Source: Saprolegnia diclina VS20 (lineage: Eukaryota). Taken from it: 41,160 bases of DNA. The notes under the pieces were generated by a model. The model searched no databases. It was given only the letters and a program-made list of their open reading frames with translations, and was not told the DNA's origin. The stretch's first letter is position 1. Every line of letters begins with the position of its first letter. This document shows positions 19,923-31,589 of the stretch, one piece after another. The position numbers and the translations under genes are program-made. Location of the stretch: positions 1,196,580 to 1,237,739 of the forward strand of contig NW_008246069.1 in assembly GCF_000281045.1 (NCBI RefSeq), in the 5' to 3' direction.

Positions 19923-22552
19923 ATGCCATCGGGTCGCCGCTTCGTTCTCAACGCTGCGCTGCTGCTCGCCACAGCAGCGAGGGCCTACGACGCCCGGCTG
20001 GACCCTCGCTTCCTCGGCTTTACGAATCGCGTCGTCAACGTCTCGACCTTCACCACCGAGTGCCCGAATGTATCGTTTACGCCCGAGCTCGGTGTCTACG
20101 TCGTGCCCGAGCAGCCCTCGTGCATCATCTATCCCAACGGCACGGTGTGGCGCGGCGCCAACAAGACCGACCTCTTCCAAGTAGCGTCGGGGCCTATCTT
20201 CCCGACCGGCAACTTGAAGAATGCGATTTATGGCGGCATGGACATTGCCTACCTTGATGTGCTGCCCAACAATGTGCCCGTCGTGTACGTACCATCGTCC
20301 TTCGTCGTCAGATGCTCACGCTATCGTAGCGCATTCCAAAATGTTGGCCTCGAAAACGTCAACTACAATCTGGCGCTGGACAAGAACAATTTGCCGCTCG
20401 GCGTCATTTCGCTGTACGACAGCCCCGTCGCTCGCTCACGACTCTAAACGTGAAGTGTGTAGGTATTTGACCAACAACAGCCTCACCAACGCTTCGATGA
20501 ACGTGGGCCGCACCCTCCAAGAACTCTACTTCACTGGCAACGATATCTCGACTGTGCAGCTCCGGGGTGACGGTCTGCGTAAAGTGTATGGCTTTGCTGG
20601 CGCTCGATCTTTTGCTGATCCCATTTTTGTTTCTAGGGCCTTGGACTACAACGCATTGACGCTTCAAAGCTTCAACAAGACGTCCATACCACTGAGTGTT
20701 ACTGACCTGTACGTGCGGCTCAACCGAGTTGCTTTTGATGTGTGAGTTTGTAGCTCGCTGCGCCACAACCCGCTTGGAGCGATGCCCAAAGAGATCTTGT
20801 TGCCATCGCTGACGTCGCTGTACGCTGTCTTTGGGTTTTAGCTGTTTCTGAAAAGTCGTGTAGTGGTTTGACCGACACGTCGCTGACGTCGATCGAGGGC
20901 ATCGAGTGGCCGACCATGCTCTCAACCTTGTACGTGCTTGGTCATATCACCATGGTTTATAATGTGACTAGGTTGCTTGACAACAATAGCATTACCGAAG
21001 TCCGCGCCAATTTTCCACCAACCTTGTCGTTTTTGTACGGTCTTTTTTTCTGACGAATACGGTAATTTGTGCCTCATGCTTGCTGTGAAGGTGGTTGGGC
21101 GGCAACAACATCTCGGCATTCTACGCCAACGCGTCACAGTTTGCACTCCTCAACGCGACCCTCAACGAGTCCCAACTCCCGCCGAGCTATGAATACCTTG
21201 CGTATCGCTACGGCAACAAGACCAAGGTGTACCCTGTCTTCACCTCCATCTCGGCCAGTGGCTGCCGCGGGCACTTTCGTGTCGAGCTCCTCCTCAACAA
21301 GTACCCGATCTGCGTGACGCAGGGTGACGACGGCCACGGCCGCATGCACTTGAGCGTCGCGGTCGTCGCTCTTTTGATCGCGCTGGCGGTCGTGCTCACG
21401 GCCACCGGTGTCTGTTGCTGCGTTCGGAAGCGCGACAAGCGCCAGCGCGCGGCCGCCTCCAAGTGGTACGACGACGACACCAATTTCTTTGCGATCGCCG
21501 ACTCGACACGGCTCTACTACGACGTGCGGTTTGACGAAGCGCTGAAAGAATACCGCATCCCGGTCGACGACCTCGAGCGCGATATCGTCTTGGCCAAAGG
21601 CGGCTTTGGTGTCGTCTACAAGGCAACGCTCCACAACACTACGCCGGTCGCGATGAAGCGCATGCTGCCCACCGTGCTTGACAGTCCGCAAGCGATCGAT
21701 GAATTTATGCACGAGATTCAGCTCTACGCGCAGCTGCAGCACCCCAAAGTCGTCCAGTTCATCGGGATGGCGTGGTCGACGCTCGCCAACATCTCGATGG
21801 TCACCGAGTTCATGCCGCACGGTGATGCGTGGACCTTGGTCGAGGCCAACAAGGATGTGGTCACGTCGTGGCTGCTGCCGATGCGGCAGCCGAGCGACGA
21901 AAAACCGAGCCGACGCCTGCGCAAGCACACGGCGTCGACCCAGAGCAGCAACGGCAGCGAAGCCGCTTTGGACTCGGCGCCACTGCACACGGAGCCGCGA
22001 TTCGGCACGTCCCGGCTCTCGATTGTACGGGACGTGGTTGAAGCGCTCGAGTACCTCCACAGCTTTCCAACGCCCGTGATCCACCGCGACATCAAGGCCC
22101 GGAATATCCTGTTGGGACCCGAGTACGAAGCCAAGCTGACCGACTTTGGCACGAGCCGCCTCCGCGTCGACGAGCTCACGATGACGGCTGAGATCGGCAC
22201 GTCGGCGTGGATCGCCCCCGAAGTTTTGATGGGCGTTCGGTACACGGAGAAGGCCGACATTTACTCCTTTGGCGTGCTCATGGCCGAGCTCGATACGGGT
22301 GTCGTGCCGTACTCGGAGGTGTATCTCGAGCCGGGCAGCACGTTGACTCTGGCGCGGGCGCGGATCGCGATGCTCGTCGCCAGCGGGGAGCTCTCGCCGA
22401 CGTTCACTGAGACGTGCCCGCGTCAAGTGGTCTATGTCGCTCGCAAATGCTTGTCCCACGACCCGTCCGAACGCCCGACAGCGCGCGAGCTGCGCCACTT
22501 GCTCCACCAAGCGCACTTAGCACTCCTTCTCGCCGCTGTCGACGACGACTAG
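19923..22552 (+). CDS. LRR receptor-like kinase (TKL), paralogue 2, 8 exons, ~765 aa
   Basis: Exons 19923-20284, 20330-20413, 20463-20585, 20637-20708, 20754-20819, 20864-20929, 20972-21034, 21091-22552. Signal peptide MPSGRRFVLNAALLLATAARA, LRRs, TM LSVAVVALLIALAVVLTATGV, RD kinase. Confidence 0.9.
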
Positions 22553-23439
22553 GAAGACGATAGTTTATGTTATTTATCTAATGTGACGGCTACAAGTTAG
22601 TGAGCAGCGAGGAAGCTGGGACAGGACAGGACAAGATGTCGTTCCTTGCTACTGCAAGATTCAAAAAGCAGCAAGGAGTAGCTTGTTGTGATGTAGTACT
22701 TTTTTTCGAAGCCGACACGATCAGAACGCTACGGAGGGCCGACTGAAAGAACCAGGAGGGCCAGTTGCATCGCTGGTTGCAGCGACAGCATCCTACTGCG
22801 GCCAGTAGATATCTGCGCTTGACGAGAAGCGATCGCAGTCAAGATAACACACTGCAATCTGAGATGATCTTGTCAACGTGCAAAGTGCACCTAATTCCAA
22901 ACTCAGGTGCACTTCAGTGACGTTGCTGCCGACCATCTGGTGGCACGACCGGATTGCAGCCGGGGAGGCTAAAAACACCCCACAACTATCGCCTGTCGCC
23001 CTACACTGTACTGCGCATGTCCATGGCCGCGATACGAGTAGCCGCCAACCACTGTGGACAGATCGGTTCTCACTCTTGGCGTGCATCGCAGCGGCGTCTC
23101 TTGCTTCGTAGAGCCTTGCCTGGGACAGCCAACTGCATCTATTCCCCAATGCGTTGGGTGTTTTTACGCATGGGTTGGAACCAGGTGCGTCTTTTACTTT
23201 GCACTGGGAGAAACGCACCTGGTAGACAGGCGGTCCATGCGGTTCCGTGACTTGGTTTTTCACGGATGACGGCCCGAGGCGCCAACCAATGCGAAGCAAT
23301 GATGTCGTCTCGTGTCACTCGACGGCCCTGCCATCTGAGCAGCAGCTGACCAGATCCCACGCTGGCTCGGTGAAGGTAACTCACTCGCCCAGCAGGCGTA
23401 AGTACCGGTGCAGCGGCCAACCACAGCGAACGCGACCTC

Positions 23440-26081
23440 ATGCGGCCTCGGACGACGGCGCTTGCCGTCCTGCTACTCGTCGCGGCCATCGCAGCCTACG
23501 ATCTCGGCTCGGACCCGCGCCTCGCGTCCGGCCCCGGCCGCCGCGTCGCCGCCTCGACGTTCACGACCGACTGTGCCGGCGTGAGCTTCCGCACCGACGA
23601 CGACTTTGTGCTGCCCGACCAGCCGTCCTGCGTCTACTACCCGAACGGCACTGTGTGGCGCGGCGCCAACAAGACCGACCTCTTCTACTTTGAGAAGGAA
23701 AAGGTCAACCGCACGGGCAACATCAAGAACGCCATCTACGGCGGCATGCAGATCGACGTGCTTGGGATGCTGCCCACCAAAACGCCCATCGTGTAGGCCT
23801 TTGCAGCACACGTCGGCGCGAGTTCTAATGTGGTGTAGCGTCCTCGACGGTGTCGGTCTTCGGTCGCTCAACACGTCGCTGGACGGGAGCCTCACCGCCC
23901 GCATCGCGAACGGCGTCCTGGCCTTGTACGTTCCCTAATACACAATAGAGGGACGCAACACTCATGCTGCGTAGGTATCTCTGGAACAACCAGTTGACCG
24001 AGATCAATACGACATTCAACGAAAACCTCCAGGAGCTCTACCTCGCCAACAACTCGATTTCATCGCTTTCGATTCGATCCCCCAGCCTCATCTCTCTGTA
24101 CGACGACGCTGCGATGACTAAGAACTCATTTTTGTCTGTAGCGACATGCGCAACAATGTGTTGACGGATGCAGCCTTTGCCCTTGGCCGCGTCAACCTGC
24201 CACCGAGTCTGAGCTTGCTGTACGCGCGCGTCTCTAAGGTCTCTCACGCTTACACAAGTTGTCTAGGGCGCTCGATAACAACAGTCTCTCGGCTGTGCCG
24301 CCGCTGCCACCGCTCGTTTCGGCCGTGTATGTCGTTACCACTGCCGCTCCGCATGCTCACGCCCTCTCTGTTTGGTCTAGTGCACTGGGCTACAACAACA
24401 TTTCGTCAATTGCCAGCGTTGCGTGGCCCTCGACCCTTCGCAGCCTGTACGCCCTCTGTCGTTGTTGTGATGCTGAAGGGGTGCATAGGGTGCTCAACGA
24501 CAACAAGCTCACCGAGGTCGTCTCAAACTTCCCACCCATGCTTCGCATCCTGTACGTTGCCTTGTCCATTCTATCGTGCCTGACGCAGTCGGCTCGCTTA
24601 GGTCGTTTGCCGGCAACCGCCTCACGGCATTCTACGCCAACGAGTCGCAGTACGAGCTCCTCTCGCAAGTCAACGAGTCGGCGACGATACCCGGCTACGA
24701 TATTCCCAAGCTCTTCACGACCCTCACCAACGCCTCGTGTGTCGGGCACAAGGAGACCCGGTTGCTCTTTGGTGTCTACCCGATCTGCATTTTACCCGAT
24801 ACGCCCAGTGTCTTGGCGGCCACCGCTGCCGAACGCGTGAGCTGGGGCTTGCTCACCGCCTTGCTACTGCTGGTGATTGCACTCACGGCCGCGGTCGCGT
24901 ACACGGTCTTGCGACGGTGCCACCCGCCGGCGCGCAAGTGGTACGACGATGACGCGCACTTTTTCGCGATCGCCGACTCGACGCGCCTCGGCTACGACGT
25001 GCGGTTTGACCACGCGCTCCAAGAGTTTCGCATCCCGGTCGACGACCTCGAGCGCGATATCGTCTTGGCCAAAGGCGGCTTTGGCGTCGTCTACAAGGCT
25101 ACGCTCCGACGGACTACGCCGGTCGCGATGAAGCGCATGCTGCCGGCCGTGCTCGACAGTCCGCAAGCGATCGATGAGTTCATGCACGAGATTCGGCTCT
25201 ACGCGCAGCTGCAGCACCCCAAAGTCGTCCAGTTCATCGGGATGGCGTGGTCGACGCTCGCCAACATCTCGATGGTCACCGAGTTTATGCCGCACGGTGA
25301 TGCGTGGGCGCTGGTCGAGGCCAACAAGGACGTGGTCACGTCGTGGTTTGAAGCTATGGTCGCTGGAGGTCAGGCGACGACCGCGATCAATTCTGTCTCA
25401 AGACGGCACACAGCGTCGTCGTCGACGGCCGACGCGTCGTATGTGGTCACGATGCCAAGCTCCAACGACTCGAGCGTGCACGCGCTCCCGGGCGCGTCCC
25501 GCTTTGCCATCATCAGTGACGTCGTCGATGCGATGGTGTATCTGCACAGCTTTCCGACGCCCGTGATCCACCGCGACATCAAAGCCCGCAACGTGCTCCT
25601 AGGACCGCACTACGAAGCCAAGTTGACCGACTTTGGCACGAGCCGCCTCCGCGTCGACGACCTCACGATGACGGCTGAGATTGGCACGTCGGCGTGGATC
25701 GCCCCCGAGGTTCTCAAGGGTGTCCGGTACACGGAGAAGGCCGACATTTACTCATTTGGGGTGCTCATGGCCGAGCTCGACACCGCTGAAGTCCCGTACT
25801 CGAACGTCTACTTGGAGCCTGGCTGTACGCTGGCACTCGCCCGCGCGCGGATCGCGATGCTGGTCGCGACCGGCGACTTGGTGCCAACGTTTACGGACGC
25901 GTGCCCGTCCGGTATCGTAGCGATCGCCCAGCGGTGCCTCGCCCACGACCCGGCGCTCCGGCCGACAGCAGCCGAGCTGGCGCTCTTACTGCGGCAGTAC
26001 CACCCCGAGAAGCACGGTAGTTTTGATGCGGTGTTAGAGCCGTGCCACGAGTCGGTCGAGCCGAGGCTTGATGGGGTCTAG
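23440..26081 (+). CDS. LRR receptor-like kinase (TKL), paralogue 3, 8 exons, ~769 aa
   Basis: Exons 23440-23792, 23839-23925, 23975-24097, 24142-24219, 24267-24326, 24381-24446, 24489-24551, 24602-26081. Signal peptide MRPRTTALAVLLLVAAIAA, LRRs (LYLWNNQL, LYLANNSI), TM WGLLTALLLLVIALTAAVAYTVL, RD kinase. Confidence 0.9.
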
Positions 26082-26809
26082 GGTTGTCGTTTCGCGTCGA
26101 TGTCGTAATGTAATAGAAGTTGGTTTTCATGGTATACTCGTCTTGGTTTAGGACTAGGGGAGCTCCTGTACGACAATCTCGACCAGAGCGCTAGACAAGA
26201 GCATATAATGAATCCAACCCTTGTCCTAGAGTAGTCAAAAGTACTTGAGGCTCTACTAGAGTACTAGCGCGACCAGTAGAGCAACTAATATTTATACTGC
26301 CACCAGTGCTATCGGTCGTACACTGGTGAACAGTCATGCCAACGTGCGTAGCGTTGGAATTGACCATTCCTTGATCTTTGGTTGTCGTAGTTAGTATGCG
26401 TGCAGGGCGGACCAACCTCGTGGCGCCACTGCTTGTGGCGCCGCGTTACCAGCACCACGCGCGCTGCAAGATGCACTGCAAAATGCTTATGCGCTGCCAT
26501 CTACCACACCTTTTGCTATTCATGAAGGAACCCATGGAGCCATAATCATCAACCGTGGGTGCTTGGAGGTACAGCCACCGAGCCAGCGCAGTAGTGCGAT
26601 ACCTGGAGCTGCTGCGGTGCGCGAACACCGTCCCGTGACCGCCAGCAAACGCTTTGGCGATCGATGATTGGTCGATTTTGAAATTGCCGCCCGTAGACGC
26701 GCCACCGCTTGTCACGGGACGTGCGCGCGCGACACCGCCTTTAGCAGGTGCCGATTCGTGGCTTGTCGCAGGCGCCACCGCGATACCATCGCGCCCACCT
26801 TTCATTTGC

Positions 26810-29362
26810 ATGCAGTGGGCGCACTCTCTGCTGCTGCTCATCGCCGCCGCCACCGCCGCGGACGACATTCGCCTAGGTGCGCGGAATGCGACCAACAGCA
26901 TCGCACATGTGACCGAGGCGACGTTCACGACGCAGTGTGACGGCGTCACCTTCCGACCCGACCCGAGCTTCGTCGAGCCCGACCAGCGCTCGTGTGTCGT
27001 GTATCCCAACGGCACTGTCTGGCGCGGCGCCAACAAGACAACGGCGTCCATTTTTCGGGAAAAAACCGGCAACATCAAAAACACCGTCACGGCCGGCTCC
27101 CTGCACATTGACTACGTGGCGTTCCTCCCCAACCAAGCGCCCGTCACGTACGATCATGGCACACCTATCGTTTCTTATCTGTGCGAATATGACTAGGGTC
27201 CTTGCGAACCTCGGCATCTCGCGTCTCAACACGTCGCTGCGCCGCGACAGCGAAGGCATCCGACTCGAGACCGCCGCGCTGTACGCAGATAATACTATGT
27301 AAGTAGGCGGTGGGACTCATGTACAATGGTCTACTAGATACGTGCCCGACAATCAGATTACCGATCTTAGCGTTACGTTTGCCAGCGCCATGCTGCTGCT
27401 GTACGTTGCGTGCTGACACGATCGACGACGCTACGACGTGTGCGTAGGGATGCCCGGAACAACCAAGTGACACGCGTCAACCTCAACGCGTCGGGCCTCA
27501 CGACATTGTACGTTGGAGTGGTTGAGGTTACCTTTTTTGAAATAGAAGTAGGTGGCTCAGTGGCAACCCCCTTACCGAAACGGCGTTTGAGGCGAGCCCG
27601 TTGCCACCGTCGCTCGTTGAAATGTTCGTCGCCCACGCCTCCTTCCAGCGAAATACACTCATATGTACTATAGAACCATGAGCTACACCAAGCTCACGTC
27701 GGTGCCAACAGGAGTCTTGTTGCCATCGCTCCAGCGCTTGTATGTCGTCGCGTCCACAGCACCCCCTTTTCTAAACGACGATACTACGTAGGCGTGCCAG
27801 CAACAACTCGATCAGCACCATCAAGGACATTCATTGGCCACCAGGCATGACGGAGATCACGCTCGAAAACAACTCAATTTCGACCATCATTGCCAACTTT
27901 CCAGCCACCCTAACCACCCTGTACGGTCGGCGTTTCGATGTGGTGGCTCTGCCACGATCCACGTATCGGAAACACTCACGTCGTATCGCTTAGGGGCTTG
28001 TTTGGCAACCCGATCACGGCCATTTATGCCAACGCGTCACAGTTTGAGATTCTTCAAAAGCTCTCCAACTGGGCAGGATCAAGTGATATGCGGCCGGTCC
28101 TCGGTTCGACCCTCGGTGGCGCCGACTGCCACGGCCACATTGGTGTCCAGTACATCACTCCTCGCATTGGTATTTGCATTCTCGGCAACGACAAGGCGGC
28201 GTCGCTCTCGACCGTCGTCGGTGTCGGCATCGGCGTCTTTATCTTTGTGCTCCTCAGTCTTCTCGCGGTCATCCGGCTTCGTCGCGCCAAGAAGAAGTCG
28301 ACCCAGTGGTGGTACCACGAGACCGACGACCCGATGCCAGTCGACGTTGTCGAAACGTCTCGGCTTCAGCACGACGCGCGCTTTGACGACCAGCTCCAGC
28401 AGGTGCGCATCCCGGTCACGGACCTCCAGCGCGACGTCGTGTTGGCCCGCGGTGGCTTTGGCGTCGTGTACCTTGGCACGCTCCGAAAGAAGGAGAAGGT
28501 GGCCATGAAGCGACTTCTGCCCAATTTCATGGCGAGCGCCCGCGCGATTGACGAATTTTTGCACGAAATCCGCCTCTACTCGTCGTTGAGTCATGCCCAC
28601 ATTGTCGGCTTCAAGGGCGTCACGTGGAGCAACGTCCGCAACATCACGATCGTCATGGAATACATGCCGTACAGCGACGTGTGGAGTCTCCTCCTCAAGA
28701 ACAAGTGGGTCACGTCCTGGTTCACCAAGATGCAGCACGATGCGATGCGGGGCCGGACGACCATGGGCATGGTCAAGGGCCCCGAGTTTGGCGTCTCGAA
28801 GCTCGACGTGGCAAAAGCGATTGCGAGTGCACTCACGTACCTCCACGGCCTCGAGACGCCCGTGATCCACCGCGATCTCAAGACGCGCAATGTGCTCTTG
28901 GGCGCGCACTACGAAGCCAAGTTGACCGACTTTGGCACGAGCCGGTTCCGGGCCGACGACCTCACGATGACGGCCGAGATTGGCACGGCGGCGTGGATCG
29001 CCCCCGAAGTGTTGAAGGGCGTGCGGTACACGGAGAAGGCTGACATTTACTCGTTTGGCGTCATGATGTCGGAGCTCGATACGACCGAAATTCCGTACGC
29101 CAACCTCTTTTTGGAGCCGGGGTCGACGCTGACTTTGGCGCGAACGCGGATTGCGATGCTCGTCGTGAACGGCGAGCTCCGCCCACGTTTTCGCGCCCAG
29201 TGCCCAAACAAGATTGCGCGCGTCGCGCGGCGGTGTCTGGCGTTTGACCCGGCGCAGCGACCGACTGCGACCGAGCTTTTGGCGCTGCTTTCCGAGTGCA
29301 TGCCGCCGCGCAACGACGAGAGCGGCAGCCTTTTCTCATCCGACTTTTTGCGCGGCCATTGA
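26810..29362 (+). CDS. LRR receptor-like kinase (TKL), paralogue 4, 8 exons, ~726 aa
   Basis: Exons 26810-27147, 27197-27280, 27338-27400, 27448-27507, 27552-27623, 27674-27739, 27792-27920, 27994-29362. Signal peptide MQWAHSLLLLIAAATAA, LRRs, TM VVGVGIGVFIFVLLSLLAVI, kinase HRDLKTRN / DFG / APE. Confidence 0.88.
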
Positions 29363-29731
29363 GTTGTATTTTAACTTAACATGCATGTTTGATTTGTGAA
29401 TTGGACTATCGCGACTGCATTTGGAAGAAGTAACGCAATGGATTCAACGCCAGCGTATTTGATTGGATAGGACAACAACCGCACAAATTAATGTGGGAAC
29501 GAACAAACGAGCCCAATGAAAAAGTTTCCCAGTCGACATTCGACGACCTAAACATCGGTCATCGGTGGGAGGGTGAATATGGGGGCCATTACACCCTGGA
29601 GACGGCACCGACCGTAGAACAGCGTACAAGTCCACAACGCAAGAGACAACTATATACACACAGCGCTTTTCCATGGCGATGTACTAGTACGAGGCTGGCG
29701 CGATGGACGTTGACGTCGCTTTGGAAGGCTA

Positions 29732-31135
29732 CTACGGGTCTGGTAAAGCGGCTACTGGGCTCTGAAGCATGTCGCCGCTCTCAGCGATCACGACGCGGAC
29801 ATTAAAGCATGTGGCCAAGGCGCGCCGAAGATACTCGACGCTGGGTCGACGAAACGCGCTTTGATGTATATGCAACGTTGCGCTGCGTGGGGCCGTCGCT
29901 CCGCGGATAGCAGTCGCCAAGACGGCGGCGTCCCGTGCGCTGAACATCCAATCAAAGTCGATGGTGTGCACCCCGGCTAGAATGCACGTGCAAAGGTATT
30001 CGCCATTGAAACCTTGCTCGGCGCTGGTGCTGTTAGGCCACGAGAGGTGTTGGAGACGGCTCGAGCTCATGGCCCAATGCAGAAGCACCCGGCGACTCTC
30101 CATTGAAAAGGTGACGCGGTCCAGCGTGATAGCTTGGATGCGCACAGCCAACGGCGGAGGTATCGCCGGCATCTCGTTGATGCTGACATTGACGAGCTCA
30201 AGCTCGTTGAGAGCCGTCATGCGGGACAGCGCCGGTAAGAGATAGCTAACGTCGCGTCGTTCGCCGGCGCGTGCACGTAGCTTGAGCGTTGTGAGCTGAT
30301 TCAAATCGATGAGTGGCAAGAGAGCCTCAACGTGGGTACCGGGCGTGAGATCAAGATGCGTGATGTAGCGCAAGACGAGACCGTTGGCGACAAGGCCAGC
30401 GATAATGGCCGTTGCGCCCTCGAGAACGAGGTGCGACAGCGTCGGTGACATGGCGAGCGCCCGCGCCATTCCCGCGTCGCTGGTCGCGTCCCAGCTGTTG
30501 AGCCGCAAGTACACGGCGTGGCCCGACGCCAACCATCGAGCGAGATTGCGTACGACCGAGTCATTCCAATCGCGGTTGCTCAAGATGGTGAGCTCGGACA
30601 CGCAGTGCGTCTCTGTCGTCACGGCTTCCAGCATACACGGACTCCCAAAGACGACGACGCGCCGGAGGTTGGTGCACATTCGTAGCAGCCGAAAGTACTC
30701 GTCGTCGTACTCGGAGCGACTGTTGAAATCGGCGACGAGCCGTTCTACCTTGGTAGCCCACCGCGCCACAAACGCGCAGTAAGGCTGAGTGAAATCACTT
30801 ATCGGCGGCGCCACCGTCCGCCAGCCGGAATGCTGTCCGGCGTTGGGCAGCCCGCAATGGAGCGACACTGAGTGGAAGGTGGGCATCGCAGCCGCTAGAA
30901 GCGCAGCGCTCTCGCGCCAGTCCGTGCTAATGCATGGTTGCGGCCAGTGGTGGCGTGATGTGTCGGATGTGAGCAGCTGGCGCAGCGCCGCCAGCGATGG
31001 CACGAGGAGTAACGGCGGCAGCGCCGAGAGAAAGGCGAAGACATCGCGTGCTTCGGTGGTGCATCGCACGATGGCAATGAGGACGACGTCCAGGTCCAGG
31101 ACGGTCCACCGCGCCGACGCTATCCGTTTGGTCAT
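29732..31135 (-). CDS. Putative F-box-like / RNI-like LRR cytoplasmic protein (~467 aa), intronless
   Basis: N-terminal helical motif VLDLDVVLIAIVRC...DVFAFLSALP...LAALRQLL followed by degenerate repeats (LRRVVV, LSHLVLEG, ITHLDLT, LTTLKLR, LNELELVNVSI, LQHLSWPN). Start placed at MTKR (31135) because the upstream in-frame stretch looks non-coding. Confidence 0.55.
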   Translation of the reverse strand: MTKRIASARWTVLDLDVVLIAIVRCTTEARDVFAFLSALPPLLLVPSLAALRQLLTSDTSRHHWPQPCISTDWRESAALLAAAMPTFHSVSLHCGLPNAGQHSGWRTVAPPISDFTQPYCAFVARWATKVERLVADFNSRSEYDDEYFRLLRMCTNLRRVVVFGSPCMLEAVTTETHCVSELTILSNRDWNDSVVRNLARWLASGHAVYLRLNSWDATSDAGMARALAMSPTLSHLVLEGATAIIAGLVANGLVLRYITHLDLTPGTHVEALLPLIDLNQLTTLKLRARAGERRDVSYLLPALSRMTALNELELVNVSINEMPAIPPPLAVRIQAITLDRVTFSMESRRVLLHWAMSSSRLQHLSWPNSTSAEQGFNGEYLCTCILAGVHTIDFDWMFSARDAAVLATAIRGATAPRSATLHIHQSAFRRPSVEYLRRALATCFNVRVVIAESGDMLQSPVAALPDP

Positions 31136-31589
31136 GCTTGGAAGCCGGGAATTCGGTGCTGCCAGGTCACGACCACCCAGACCTACTAGTATGGGTGGGG
31201 GTGGGTCTTTTTCTTCAGGGGAGTGTAGGGTAGGTAGACCTTTTTTAGTTTGAATTACATTAGGACAATCAATCGCTGCGACATGGTGTGGGTCGGGGGC
31301 GGGTAGGCCACGATAAAAATGAAGCAGCCCCCTGGCCTTATCAAAAGTGTGTGACCTTGCCCATATATCCGGAAACAATCGTTATATCCGGATGATTGGG
31401 ATGATAGCCAGAATTGCCAATGCTGGAGCTGGCTTTTGGTCGTCGCGGGATGGTGATGTAGCTATGCTCTGTAGCTCGAGCATGCAGAATGGCCGTCGTA
31501 GCCTTGCCAAAAGCAGCCCAGCAAAAAACTCGGCACAGAGGTGGGGCCACTCGATTATCGTTAATGTTGTTGCGTGAGCATGTCGACCA

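Noticed and set aside
31136..31378. 81-aa in-frame N-terminal extension of the F-box-like ORF, and a G-rich tract (31193-31221) as a G-quadruplex
   Set aside because: The extension starts at a non-ATG codon and has intergenic-like composition. The G-tract has a long third loop and no other support.
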